A DNA stretch of 64,000 bases from the human T2T-CHM13v2.0 reference genome, Homo sapiens. Location of the stretch: NCBI RefSeq assembly GCF_009914755.1, contig NC_060925.1; one strand, written 5' to 3'. Of the stretch, positions 13,332-25,925 are shown one piece after another (within the stretch, counting starts at the first letter, position 1; every line of letters starts with the position of its first letter). A model generated the notes under the pieces. It was not told the DNA's origin, searched no databases, and worked only from the letters and a program-made list of their open reading frames with translations. Made by a program: the position numbers and the translations under genes.

Positions 13332-14793
13332 CTCGGCCCTTGTTGGAGATGCTGTGCTGTGGCCGTGATGTTTCCGATCCCAGTCGTGGTGGCTCTGCCC
13401 TGGTTGAAGATGCTGTGCTGTGGCCATGATGTTTCAGATCCCAGTCGTGGTGGCTCTGCCCTGGTTGAAGATGCCGTGCTGTGGCCGTGATGTTTCAGAT
13501 CCCAGTCGTGGTGGCTCTGCCCTTGTTGAAGATGCTATGCTGTGGCCATGATGTTTCAGATCCCAGTCGTGGTGACTCTGCCCTTGTTGAAGATGCTATG
13601 CTGTGGCTGTGATGTTTCAGATCCCAGTTGTGGTGACTCTGCCCTTGTTGAAGATGCTATGCTGTGGCCGTGATGTTTCCGATCCCAGTCGTGGTGACTC
13701 TGCCCTGGTTGAAGATGCTATGCTGTGGCTGTGATGTTTCAGATCCCAGTCGTGGTGACTCTGCCCTTGTTGAAGATGCTATGCTGTGGCCGTGATGTTT
13801 CCGATCCCAGTCGTGGTGACTCTGCCCTGGTTGAAGATGCCGTGCTGTGGCTGTGATGTTTCAGATCCCAGTCATGGTGACTCTGCCCTTGTTGAAGATG
13901 CTATGCTGTGGCCGTGATGTTTCCGATCCCAGTCGTGGTGACTCTGCCCTTGTTGAAGATGCTATGCTGTGGCCATGATGTTTCCGATCCCAGTCGTGGT
14001 GACTCTGCCCTGGTTGAAGATGCTATGCTGTGGCTGTGATGTTTCAGATCCCAGTCGTGGTGACTCTGCCCTTGTTGAAGATGCTATGCTGTGGCCGTGA
14101 TGTTTCCAATCCCAGTCGTGGTGACTCTGCCCTGGTTGAAGATGCCGTGCTGTGGCTGTGATGTTTCAGATCCCAGTCATGGTGACTCTGCCCTTGTTGA
14201 AGATGCTATGCTGTGGCCGTGATGTTTCAGATCCCAGTCATGGTGGCTCTGCCCTTGTTGAAGATGCTATGCTGTGGCCGTGATGTTTCCGATCCCAGTC
14301 ATGGTGACTCTGCCCTTGTTGAAGATGCTATGCTGTGGCTGTGATGTTTCAGATCCCAGTCGTGGTGACTCTGCCCTTGTTGAAGATGCTATGCTGTGGC
14401 CGTGATGTTTCAGATCCCAGTCGTGGTGACTCTGCCCTTGTTGAAGATGCTATGCTGTGGCAGTGATGTTTCCGATCCCAGTCGTGGTGGCTCTGCCCTT
14501 GTTGAAGATGCTATGCTGTGGCCATGATGTTTCCGATCCCAGTCGTGGTGACTCTGCCCTTGTTGAAGATGCTATGCTGTGGCCATGATGTTTCCGATCC
14601 CAGTCGTGGTGACTCTGCCCTGGTTGAAGATGCTATGCTGTGGCTGTGATGTTTCAGATCCCAGTCGTGGTGACTCTGCCCTTGTTGAAGATGCTATGCT
14701 GTGGCCGTGATGTTTCCAATCCCAGTCGTGGTGGCTCTGCCCTGGTTGAAGATGATGTGCTGTGGCCGTGATGTTTCCGATCCCAGTCATGGT
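13332..14793. repeat. Minisatellite, 61-bp unit, 24 copies
   Basis: CTCTGCCCTTGTTGAAGATGCTATGCTGTGGCCGTGATGTTTCCGATCCCAGTCGTGGTGA; unit starts 13332 to 14735 are exactly 23 x 61 apart. Confidence 0.98.
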
Positions 14794-15296
14794 TTTCCAG
14801 CCTCAGGAGCACATCTCCTCCTCCAGCAATTCTTCGTTCCCTGGAGCCTCGGAACCGCGGTGCAACTGGGGTGCGTTTGTGCCAGGGAAAATGGATTCTG
14901 CCGGTGTCTGACTCTACCAAGATCCACGCATCATTGTTAGCATTTCCTTTCATTTCTCTTTGTTATTATTTGTCTTTTCCACCTTGTACCATCCCCCCGA
15001 ACCCCATTTATGTGTGTGAAGTCAGTTACTCTACCCATTGAGCAAGAGCTGAGCAACCGTGTATGGAAATATCTTCCTTCAACCGCTTAGATCCCAGACC
15101 CAGACTTTTGTCCTTCAGCACCACGAATGAAGACTTGCTATCACCCTCGCTGTGGTGTTATCTGTTTGCTTTTGGCACTTATCACCTGGAAGGCAGTCCC
15201 CGTTTTCTCGTCTCCACCAAGGGAGCTTGTCAAGTGCAAGGCTGCACTCCTTGACCCCACCAAACCTGACATGAAGTGAGGTTCAAGAAATGTTTG

Positions 15297-15608
15297 GGCC
15301 GGGCACAGTGGCTCATACCTGTAATCCCAACACTTTGGGAGGATAAAGAGGGCAGATTGCTTGAGTCCAGGAGTTTGAGACCCACCTGGGAAACCTAGCA
15401 AGACCCTGTCTCTACAAAAAAATTAAAAATTAGCTGGATGTGATGGCATGTACCTGTAGTCCTAGCTACTCAGGAGGCTGAGGTTGGAGGATTGCTTGAG
15501 TTCTGGAGGTCAAGGCTGCAGTGAGCTGTGATATTGCACCACTGCCCTCCAGCCTGGGCAACAGAGCAAGATCCCATCTCAAAAAAAAAAAAAAAAAGAA
15601 AAAAAAAA
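15297..15608 (+). mobile_element. Alu SINE (AluJ type), full length
   Basis: GGCCGGGCACAGTGGCTCA start; J-type GAGGTCAAGGCTGCAGTGAGC; poly(A) tail. Confidence 0.95.
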
Positions 15609-16264
15609 GGAAGGAAGGAGGAAAAGAAAGCTTGCCAAACAAATGAATAAATGAAAAGCCAATAAATGCATTTGTAGTTGGGGATATGTGCTTTAGAGAA
15701 AAGGGGATGTTAGATTTGGTCATTTTAAGTGACTCCTTTATTAAACCCTTGGTTGTCTTTGTATTTTTAAAAGAAGACGTCTCGGTGACCCAGTGCTGAG
15801 GCTGACACCTCTGGCGGAGCCCAGCTTCCTTTAGCAAGGGCTCTGTAAGACCCAACTACAGACTGTGTCCAGGGCTCGAAAAACGTCCGGTGGGCAGGAC
15901 AGGGGATAGAGAAGGTCTGGCCAGAAAACTGGATTTTGCTCTGTGTCTGTTGGCTTGTTACTAACCCCAAGCAAAGCCACTGTCCCAAGCTGGCCCAGAC
16001 ATCCAGGGTGTACCCAGGCACACAGGGGCACACACCACACCTGAGCCACATTCTGTGTTTTCCTGTGTGCTCCAGGCCTCCAGAGGAGCTCCCAGCCATT
16101 GGATTCTGTGGAAGTATCTCCTGACGCCCCCTGTTTGAGGCCCTTCCCGTGGAAATCCATCTGGCGCGTGTTGGTCACCGGGGGACTGCTGACTTAGCTC
16201 CAGCAGAATTTGGAGGGCCTTTTGGCTACATGAGAGTGCAGTTTGTTCTGTTGATATAAGTAGA

Positions 16265-17238
16265 CGGTTCATTCTCATTATGCTCAGCTGCAGTTCTCTT
16301 CTATGCAGTTGCCAGGAATGCTGAATTAGCAGGTCCTAAACTGTTGCTCCTAGGAGAGATACTGTGTTAGGTTCCTGCAAGCTTCTGGTCACATTTTCAT
16401 CTACTGGTCAATAAACAACCTTATTCTACATGTGGTTCTGCTTAGAAACCCCTTATCTAACACAGGCGTCTCCGAGATTTCCCGGGGTTGGTTCCAGATC
16501 ATCACAATGAAGTAAATATTGCAACAAAGCCAGTGACGCAAATGTTTTGGTCTACCATACCGTAGTATGTGCAGTGTGCAATATATGGTGCCTAAAAACA
16601 GTGTAGATACTTTAATTTACAAGTACTTTGTTGCCAAAAAAAAGGTGACGGTGGCATGCAGTAAGCACCTGCTGTTAGAAGAATGGCACCAGTAGACTTG
16701 TTGGATTCAGGGTTGCCCCAAAGTATCCATTGTTGCCACAAAGTATCCATTTGTTAAAAAAAAAAATGCAATATTGCAAAGCACAGTAAAGAGAAGCTCA
16801 ATGAAATGAGGTGTGCCTGGATACATTGTCGAGCCATCCTCACTGTAACTCAGCCTGAACCAAGCTGCCCTAAGACATGTAATTCTACATCAGGCACCTT
16901 GCAGCCTCTCTGTGCCTGGGAACTGCAGACAACACTTTAGCACTGTGCGTGGGGCCATTTTAAACAGTGAAATCGGCCACAAAAAAACCAAACGTGGAAA
17001 ACATGGCACTAAGTAGACTAGAAAGAACACCTGGTCACAGTGCGAGAGCTGAGACAAGAGGGTGGAGAAGACCCCAGCTGGGAGCACACATGCCAGACAA
17101 CCCGGGTCCTTCACCCCTCGGTGCAAGTCCAGGAATGGCCTTGGGTGCACTTCATGTATTGATTTGGGGGTCACAAAGACATCTTAGCAAGTAGGCAAAT
17201 TCAGGAATATAAAATCTGGGTATAATGAGGCTCAACTG
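16265..17238 (+). mobile_element. MER82-type Tigger DNA transposon, split by a nested insertion
   Basis: TIR-like ends CGGTTCATTCTCATTAT and ATAATGAGGCTCAACTG followed by TA; internal GGGGCCATTTTAAACAG and TATTGATTTGGGGGTCACAAA match the recalled consensus. Confidence 0.75.
16463..16819 (-). mobile_element. Internally deleted Tigger1 (MITE-like) nested in MER82
   Basis: Both Tigger1 ends present: CAGGCGTCTCCGAGATTT...GGTTCCAGA and ...AATGAAATGAGGTGTGCCTG; no transposase. Confidence 0.75.
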
Positions 17239-17321
17239 TATAAATAAAAACCTATATAATATATATCAGTTTTATTGATATATACACTTATATATATCAG
17301 CTTTATAATACATATATGTCA

Positions 17322-18030
17322 GTTTTACTGAGACGTAATTCACATACCATATAATTTTCCCTTTGGAAGTGTTAGTTTTTGGTCACAGAGTGGCACACCA
17401 CACCACTGTCTAATCTTAGAGCATTTCCATCCCCCCAGAAAGAAACCTCTGACCATTAGCAGCCCCTCCCAGTTTCTCCTCTCCCCCCAGCCCCTGGTAA
17501 TCATGAATGTCCTCTCTGTCTCTGTGGATTTGCCTCTTCCAGACATTTCCTGTAAGTGGGACTATACAATGTGCCATCCTCAGGACCTGGCTTCTCTGCT
17601 CAGCATAGGGTTTCTGAGGTTTTGCCACGGTGAACACGCGTCAGTCTCCCACTCCTTTTTATGGCCCAATAATATTCCATTGCATGAAACCCACATTTTC
17701 TGTCTGCGTCCAAATGTCCACTAATGGACATTTGGTTGCCTTTCGCCGTTGGGAAGAGTGCCGTGGTGACCGTCCCAAGACAAGTGTTTGTGTCGAGAGA
17801 CATCTTCATTACTCTTGGCCGTATTCTTAGGAATGGCATTACCAGGTCATCCAATGGCTTTGTTTAACTTTTTGAGGAACTGTCAGACTGTTCTCCATGG
17901 CGGCTGCACCGGTTCACATTCCCACCAGTAGTGTGAGGGTCCTAACTTCCCCACATCCTTGCAGACGCCCGCCTGTCTTTCGGACCGCAGCCATCCTGTG
18001 GGGTGCGGTGCATCTCACTGGGACTCTGTG
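17322..18030 (-). mobile_element. Old L1 (L1MB-like) 3' end fragment
   Basis: Antisense L1M 3' UTR pattern (CTGAGACGTAATTCACATACCAT; TCTGTCTCTGTGGATTTGCCT; ATGGACATTTGGTTG; CATTCCCACCAG). Confidence 0.85.
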
Positions 18031-18553
18031 CCTTCTGAGGGATGTGCTGGGGAGCGCAGGAGGCCGTGGGCTCTTTAATCCTTGGGGACAGTGACATGAG
18101 ACCCCAGCCAAGCCCTGGTGTGCATGCTGGGGAGTGCAGGAGGCTGTGGGCTCTTTAATCCTTGGGGACAGTGACACAGGACCCCAGCCAAGCCCTGGTG
18201 TGCCTTCTGAGGGATGTGCTGGGGAGCGCAGGAGGCCATGGGCTCTTTAATCCTTGGGGACAGTGACATGGGACCCCAGCCAAGCCCTGGTGTGCATGCT
18301 GGGGAGTGCAGGAGGCTGTGGGCTCTTTAATCCTTGGGGACAGTGACACAGGACCCCAGCCAAGCCCTGGTGTGCCTTCTGAGGGATGTGCTGGGGAGCG
18401 CAGGAGGCCGTGGGCTCTTTAATCCTTGGGAACAGTGACACGGGACCCCAGCCAAGCCCTGGTGTGCCTTCTGAGGGATGTGCTGGGGAGCGCAGGAGGC
18501 TGTGGGCTCTTTAATCCTTGGGGACAGTGACACAGGACCCCAGCCAAGCCCTG
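18027..18553. repeat. Minisatellite with 92-bp and 80-bp unit variants, 6 copies
   Basis: Unit starts 18027, 18119, 18199, 18291, 18371, 18463 (long-short-long-short-long-long). Confidence 0.96.
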
Positions 18554-18723
18554 CAGTCCTGGTTGGTCATATCTGTGTGAGCAACGCTGCCTCTGAGAGA
18601 GTGGGGAGAATAGAAGGCAATCTTCCAGTCAGCTTTCCCTTAACAAGTGATCTCTATTCGCTGAAACCACATTTGCAGCCTCAGACAAATGCCTGCCCCG
18701 TTTTATACGAACAATGAAAGCCT

Positions 18724-18872
18724 GCATTGCATCCTTGGCGTCACGGAGCTACTGCCCTCAGCTGCCTGTCCACACGAGGAGCACAGCCTGGAGCACATTG
18801 CGTTGTTGGTGTCACGGAGCCACTGGCCTCAACTGCATGTCCACACGAGGAGCACGGCCTGGAGTGCATTGC
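18724..18872. repeat. Diverged tandem duplication, 71-bp period
   Basis: TTGGCGTCACGGAGC...CCACACGAGGAGCAC at 18735 and TTGGTGTCACGGAGC...CCACACGAGGAGCAC at 18806. Confidence 0.85.
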
Positions 18873-20109
18873 TTTATGTCCCCACATAGGTTTTTTGTGT
18901 GCATTGATGACAGCGCAAATAAGGGAGGGCAGTGTCGGTGTCTCTGTGAGCACGTCTGATGGCTCCCAACAGACACTCGCTGTCCCCTTCGCTCCCTGCA
19001 GGGGCCAATGCTCTGGAATTCTCTAGATACAGCAGGAGGTGGTCTCAGGACACCGTGCCGCCCCTGTGGCCTCCTCCTCCTCAGCCCTAGCACCACAGTT
19101 GTGGAGGAGCCCAAGGAGGTGGCCTCCCAGGTGGACCCTATTCCTTCATAGCCTGCCCTCCGCTGCCACCCAGGACTGGGGGCCCATGTCCCTGGTGCCC
19201 GGCGTCTGTGTCCCCAGCTGAAGCTGGACAGTGCTCTGCCCTCCTGTGCACTTCTGACCAATCGAGTGAACTGTGTTGAGAAACGGATGATGGGTGGTTG
19301 AGAAACACACATGTGCAGTGCTCCCAGCCGGAAAGCCTGTGTAGTGCTCCAGGCCGGAAAGCCTACAGGTGCCAGCAGGGGAAGCTGGCACCTGCCCTCC
19401 AAGCAGCAGTGAAATGATGTGGTCCTTTTGTTCAAGAACATTTCCATGAAGATTTACAAAGGACCTGTCCCAGAAGAGGTTCCCACAGACACTGAAATAA
19501 CAAAATGTCAGCCGCATCTCCGCAGGCCCCCGGGAACCACACGTGCAGAGTCCGGCACATGCAGGGACCTGATGGGACGGGGACCTGCAGTTGCCCCGCA
19601 GCCCCTGCCCGTGCAGGGGGCCCAGGTGCCCAGGCCCCGCCTCGCTGTGCTGCCTCCAGCTGGTGTTTATTTTCAGACACCTAGGGCCCGATCCATGGTT
19701 ACTGCCCAGCTCCATGTTAGGTGTAAGCGGATGCTCCTTTGGTGACCATTTCCCATCTGTTTGCCCACTCGTCCACAGCCTCCCACATGCAGGTAATGAT
19801 GTTGGCTGAAACTTGTTATTCGAATGGAAGTTGATCAGTTGATAAAATCCTTCGTGGAGTCAACATAGCTGAATGCTTCAGCTGTCAAAGGCCCCCTGGC
19901 AGGGCAGAAAGCGCCCCGTGGAAAACGGTGGGGAATTGTGGAGCAGGCAGGACTGCCAGGCCCAGCTCCGCGACTTTTGCAAGTTTGGGATCCACATCAC
20001 ATGCATGCCTCATCTCCACAGACTGCTGGCAGCTTCGCCTATCAGAACAGGACTGAGATCCAGGATGCGAGAAGGGAACCCTTCCGGGTGATGCCCGTGC
20101 TGCTTTTCT

Positions 20110-20190
20110 GCCCATTTATTTGCTGATTCACTCATTGACTTAACACTTTGCCACTAGCCACCTATGCCAGGCACTGGCCTGGGCCCCAGT
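20110..20190 (-). mobile_element. L2 3' end fragment
   Basis: ATTTATTTGCTGATTCACTCATT...TATGCCAGGCACTG. Confidence 0.45.
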
Positions 20191-20904
20191 GACACTCTCT
20201 GCATCCTCCTCAAGGTCACGTGCTGGGTACAGTCCCAAGCTCGAGGCATCCTTGGCACAGCACTCCATCTCTGCTGGGATGAGACAGCCTTTCTCAGAGA
20301 CCACTTCCCTCCAGGTTGTGAACGGTTCTAACCATTCAGCTCTCTGATCTCTGCAGCTCCAGCACATCACAAGCAAGGGGGAAGTACTCACTGGGGGAGT
20401 TAGCCAAGGGCCATCAGGGCCACATGTCCTGACAGCAAAGAGATGGGACCTGCCACACAAGCCAGCTCCAAAGACCGCTGGGCCATCTGCAGTGGGCAGT
20501 TCAGTGCTGGGGACATCACAGCATCACTGCACATAATCAGTGATAATGACACCCACATTGCAGGTATTTCTCTTATTTAAGGAGGCCAAGACACAGGGTG
20601 CACATGTTAGAAATTTTCCATATAAAAAAGCAAGGGGCTGAAAGGAGTGCACCCCTCTCAACAGGAAGACTTGATCGTCTGGAAGAACTCAGGTGCTGAC
20701 AGGTTCTGGAAGGACGAACTTCATTTACACCTGGACACAGCCACGTGGACACAGACAGACTTTTGTCTTATAGATGGAAGTTGTCCCTCAAAATCTACTA
20801 CCTCGTAGCTTCTCCTGCAGACAGATTTGGGCCATTTAGGAGAAATTTTAAGTATTCCAGAAAAATAGAAACCCTGAAAAATGTTTGCATTGTGCAATAA
20901 TTGC

Positions 20905-21600
20905 ATTTTAAAAACAGCTTTATTGAGATGTGATTCACACGCAAACAATGCACCCCATTAAAACGTACAATTCAGTGGTTTTCAGCCACAGACTTGTGCA
21001 ACCATCACAATAAATTTTAGTACATTTTTATCACTGAAAAAAGAAACCACACACCTATTAGTACTCACTCCGCACTCTCCCCATGTCCCCCTGCCCCCAG
21101 CCACTGCAACCACCAACCCACTTTCTGTCTCTGTGGATTTGCCTAGTCTGGAAATTCAAATGAATGGATTCAGACAGCCCATGACCTTTTGTGACTGGCT
21201 CCTTCCACTCAGTCCCGTGGTTCCCAGGTTCGCCCACTTTGTGGCCTGTGCCGCTACCTCACTCGTTCTTATGGCTGAGTAATATTGTGTCGTATGGAGG
21301 GGCCACATTGTGCTTATCCATCCATCCACTGATGGGCATTTGGGCTGTTTCTGCTTTTTGATGTTATGAATCATGCTGCTATGAATGTGTATTTTCAAGC
21401 TTTTGTGAAGACGTAAGTTTCTATTTCTCTTGGGGACTTCCTTGAAAATGGAACTGCTGGGTCATGGGACTCCTGCTTTCCATTTCGAGGAACTGCTGGA
21501 CTATTTTCCATAGTGGCTGCACCATGTCACCTCCCCACCAGCAGTGTCTGGCAGGTCCCCATTTCTCCACATCATCACCGACGCTTGGCATGGTCCTAGC
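20905..21600 (-). mobile_element. Old L1 (L1MB-like) 3' end fragment
   Basis: AACAGCTTTATTGAGATGTGATTCACA...; TATCCATCCATCCACTGATGGGCATTTGGGCTG; TGCTGGACTATTTTCCATAGTGGCTGCACC. Confidence 0.88.
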
Positions 21601-23029
21601 TGTGTTTTGGTCTCCTTCGCCTGCCTGTGTTTGTGATGAATGCTTGATCCTTCATACGTGTCATCTTCCGGTTTCAGATAAATCTGGGTGTCCTCTTAGA
21701 TGTTTCAGTTTCAATAATAATGAGGGAGAAAATTCAAAATTAAACAACCAAAGAACATTGTAAATTTTCGTTCCTGTCCCCAGACACCTCCCAGCAGGCT
21801 TCAGGGATGAGAGGTTGGTCAGGGTGCAGGTGACTAACGTTCTCAGTCATGGAAGAGCGCACAGTGTGCAAGGCTGAACGTGGCCTGCTTCCACGATATT
21901 TGTGTCTACAAGTTGGCATTTGCAATGCAGTCATATTTTTCAGGGCTCCATGAGCTTACCCCTTAAAGCTCAAGGATTTTACAGCCATCTCTCCCTGTGT
22001 CCCTGTTTCTGCAGGGATCCTGGTAGTAGCCCTCCTTGATCTGAGCCTCGCTTCCCAGCTGACTCCATCCTCCACTTATAATCTTGCTGGAGAACATACC
22101 AAGGCCACGTACATTCACAGCAAGAGCGGCTCAGCCTGTGAGAGTTGGTAAAGGAAAGGGGTCCCTGCCGCGTGGCCCCCAAGACTGCCTTTGCCAGGTG
22201 TGTTCTCACAGAGCTGTGTTTCAAAGGCAGCATGCTGTCACCTGGGGACAGGTGTTTTTTTAGTCCCACGGTAGACACCTTATAAAGGCCCAAGGGCTCC
22301 TGAGCACTGGGAACACTGTCTTTGGTGGGCACTGCTCAGCTTTGGATCATGGTCCTGGCTCTGTAGTCTGACTGGGTGACCCTTTCCAAGGACGGGGCAG
22401 TGATGAAACCTCTCTCAAGGGGAAATCAGACACCAGTGTCTGGCATGTGACCTCCCCGTGATGCTGGCAGCATCCTCCCTCCTCCAACCCAGTGCTGCCC
22501 CGCTGGAGACTCCACGCCACAGCGTCAGGCCGTGCGGGGGCGACCCACTGTCCTGGATTGCCAGGGCTGCCGAGGGGGCTCTTCTTGTTGCCACTGAAAG
22601 CACCACATCCCAGAAAGAATCTTGGTCCCCTGCAAACCGGGATGGTCACCGGGTCACCTACAGACTTGGCAGCACCCACAGTCCAGGCCCCTCTGATGGC
22701 CTTGGGTTCCTCCTGCTCCTTCCCCTAGGAGGTCAGGAACGTGGGGCATGGAGCATCTCGGGGAGTCAGCTGGGGGAGGGATTCTTCCCGTCCGGTTGAG
22801 GAGGCCATTTCGGTGATGCCAGTGATGGCCACTCATCTTCTCAGGCTTGCGAATGCGTTTCCTCGTGCCTGGTTTGCTTAGACAGTGGTGCGCCTCCGGC
22901 TTGCAAGCCTCCAGCCTGAGGGCAGCTCTGCCATGTCTTCTTGCTACTCTGAGAAAGAAGCAAACACTGGGTTCTGGGTTTCGCCCAGTGAGGGGACAGC
23001 TCCAGTTCTGGGGTCCAGACGGCTGCTTT

Positions 23030-23160
23030 GCCTTCCAGTGTTGTGGGCTGCGTGACTTTGGCAGCTTAGTGCCTCAGTTTCCTCTCCCAACGTGGTCATG
23101 ATAGTGGTCCCCGGGTAATGCAATGTAATGTAATTCGCCATGATGGTGCCCGGCTATCGG
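23030..23160 (+). mobile_element. MIR fragment
   Basis: GCTGCGTGACTTTGGC...GTGCCTCAGTTTCCTC. Confidence 0.55.
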
Positions 23161-23719
23161 GGCCCTGGTGCGTGCCGGTGAGAGATGTGTGGGTGCCCTG
23201 CCTCTGGGATCTGGAGTCCGCCAGGCCCGGTGAACCCGACATTCCCTATGAGCTTAATTTTTCCCTGGCTCCTCCTTGGGAAAGGATGAGCAGCCCTAGC
23301 CCCTGGTATCCCCCAGTTCCTGTCCCTGTGGACCCAGCTCCTCACTCATTCCATCCCAGGTTTCCGACCCAAGGATGGATAGAAACTGAGGGCACCGGAC
23401 CTTCTGCCCTCCCTCCCTTGTCCCTCCTCTGTTCCTAGTTTCTGTTCTGAGGGGGCTCTGCTTCCCGTCCTGCAGGCAGGGCTCCCAGGGTGCACCTCCT
23501 CTGGGCACAGCAGCCCCTGGCTTTCTGGGAACACTAATGGTGGAGGGGTCATGGGGAAAGAAACCTGATTCCGTCGTCAGGCGATATTCCCTGGTGCACT
23601 GAGGAGAAATTCTTCCCGGGATGCGAGACCTGAGCCTGTCCTTCCCTCCTGCTCCCGGTCAGGCCATGGGGCCTGAACACACTGCTCCATATGTGGGGAG
23701 CATTTCCAAGGCTTCATAG

Positions 23720-23880
23720 AGTTCTCAGCCCAGACAAGCACATGCCAGCTCTGTGGCACTGGACAATGCTCCTAACCTCTCTGTGCTCATTTCTCATCTG
23801 TAAAACACCAGAGAGATGGAATGAGGAGGCTGCTACAGGGCTGGCCAAGTGCTTGACCTGGAGAAGGTGCTGGAGCGGGG
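23720..23880 (+). mobile_element. MIR fragment
   Basis: TAACCTCTCTGTGCTCATTTCTCATCTGTAAAA. Confidence 0.55.
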
Positions 23881-24994
23881 TAAGCTGAGCTGTCCTTGTC
23901 CTGGTTGTTTTCATATTCTGACACTTCCCGCATCCCTGCAGGACCAGCTCACCTTGGGAAAGGGGCCGAGACTTGAACACATGACTGTGACTCCAGAGGC
24001 CAGGGCTGCCCTGGGCTAGGAGCAGAGGGCTACAGCCACTGTCAGAGGGAGGACCTGAGAAAGGGAAGGGTGGGGGCCAGGGAGGGGACCCAGGGAGGAG
24101 GAGCGTGGCCCCCTTGAGGGAGTCCTTGAGGGAATCAACCACGGATTCTCTGAAAAGCCCCAGAGCAGCCTCTCCCCATGGCCAGCTCCAGGTTCACACA
24201 GGGGCCAGGCACACCCGCCCCATGCGAGCCTGACCCACAGTGAGAGGCCGCTTGGTGCCGAGCCTTACCCAGTGGGCATGCCTTCCTGGGTGCAGCACAG
24301 ACACTTTATTGTAATCTTTTTCCCCAGTAGAATCCAAATTTTAAAACAAAAAGTCAACATGTGGCCACATACACACATCCCTGTCAGGTTGAGACAGGCC
24401 ACGCCCTTCCTACCTCCACCTCCTCACCTGTACGATGGGTATCATGGTGGCAGCCACCTCCACAGCGGCTGCAGCTGTTAATGGAGATGACACCTGCCCG
24501 GCACACTCTGGGGCCCAAAGGCCGGATGCCTGCAGTGTGCACACACCTTTCCCCTCCCTCAGCCTTGGGAGTCGAGTGCCCCCCACCCATCTTCCTAAAG
24601 CGACCCGGTCACCGCCCCTGAAGCGCCCTCCCTCTGCTGAGCCCGGTGACCCTGAGCCGTCTTTCAACGGAAACCGTAGTCCCTGTGCCTCCTCTGAGCT
24701 CTGGCCCTGTTTCTGGCATCACAACCCACAGGGGCCCTCGGAGCTGCTGAGGGGTCTCAGCCAAGCTCCACTTGGGGAGGTTGGGCTCCCCAGGGACACA
24801 GCATCCGTGCCTGGGGAGAGAATGTTTGACCGAGCCGGGTTACTTGGTCCCCAAGTCCGTCCACCTGCCAAGCCAGCAAGCACGTCTCAACCAGGGCCTC
24901 CTCTGGCCTCCACGCTACCTCTCCAGGCCTTCCTCCTCTGCCAACTCTTCATTTGGCCTCAGATGACATGGCCCTGGCGTGGAGTGTCCCTGTG

Positions 24995-25265
24995 TAGGAA
25001 TATGTGTTTGCATGTATGGGTGTGTATGTGCATGCATGTCTGTGTGTGTGTATGTGTATGTGCATGTGTGTGCTGGTGTGGATTGTGCATATGTGTGCAG
25101 ATATAAGTGTGTGTGCATGTGTGGGCATGCGTGTGTGTGAGACATGTGGGCATGTGTGGGCACGTGTGCATGCATGTGAGTGTGCGTGTGTGTCTGTGAG
25201 ACGTGTGGGTGTGTGTAGGCATGTGTGTGCGTGTGTGCGTGCGTATGTGTGTGTGTGTGTGAGCG
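24995..25265. repeat. Compound (TG/CA)n low-complexity tract
   Basis: Directly visible alternating TG/TA/CA. Confidence 0.95.
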
Positions 25266-25821
25266 CCAGCATGGTTGGTGGTGGTGGCAGGATGCAGGGA
25301 GTCCTCAGCTGAACCCGGCCCCAGGACTTCCCAGCTTCAGGGGTGCCTGTTGCCTGTGAGAGCAGTGAGGTGGGGAAGGGTTAACCCGCCGAGGGCTGAT
25401 GGCCCAAGCTCTGTCCTGAGACGGAGCCGTCGCTTCCCACTAATAGAAACCAGAGCTCTCCTGCAGTGGCCGCGGCGCTGCCGCCACTCCGAGGCCGGGT
25501 CTTTGTTGTTGTTCCCGGTGGGCCTCGGCTCACTCTTTTGCCTTCTTTCACTTTTGGAAACAACCAGGACGAGCCAAGGCCAGAGTTGGGGAGAGGTTCT
25601 TGGGTGGGATCTTATTTCTTCCCAAAGTGCCTGGAAACCTGCCCGTGCATTGGTGCCCGCTCTGTCCTGTGCCCTCTGCTCCGAGGCACCAATCTGGCCC
25701 CGCCATGAAGCCCAGACCCAGCAGGCAAATCTCAGGGTAGCCTGGAGCTGCAGTAGGAGAAAGAGAAGAAATGATGAAGAATCCCCACAGGCCCAAAACC
25801 AGCCAGCGTGGTACGACTTTG

Positions 25822-25925
25822 CCATCATTTAATCCTTGGCCTGACCTAATCAACAGGGAAACCGAGGCACAGAGAGGCTCAGGAGCTCACCCAAGTGACA
25901 CAGCCAGAAAAGGCGAGAGCTGGGT
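25822..25925 (-). mobile_element. MIR fragment
   Basis: CATTTAATCCT...GGAAACCGAGGCACAGAGAGG...CCCAAGTGACACAGC. Confidence 0.6.

Noticed and set aside
13332-14793. CRISPR-like regular array
   Set aside because: Head-to-tail units with no unique spacers, no cas genes, and the DNA is primate
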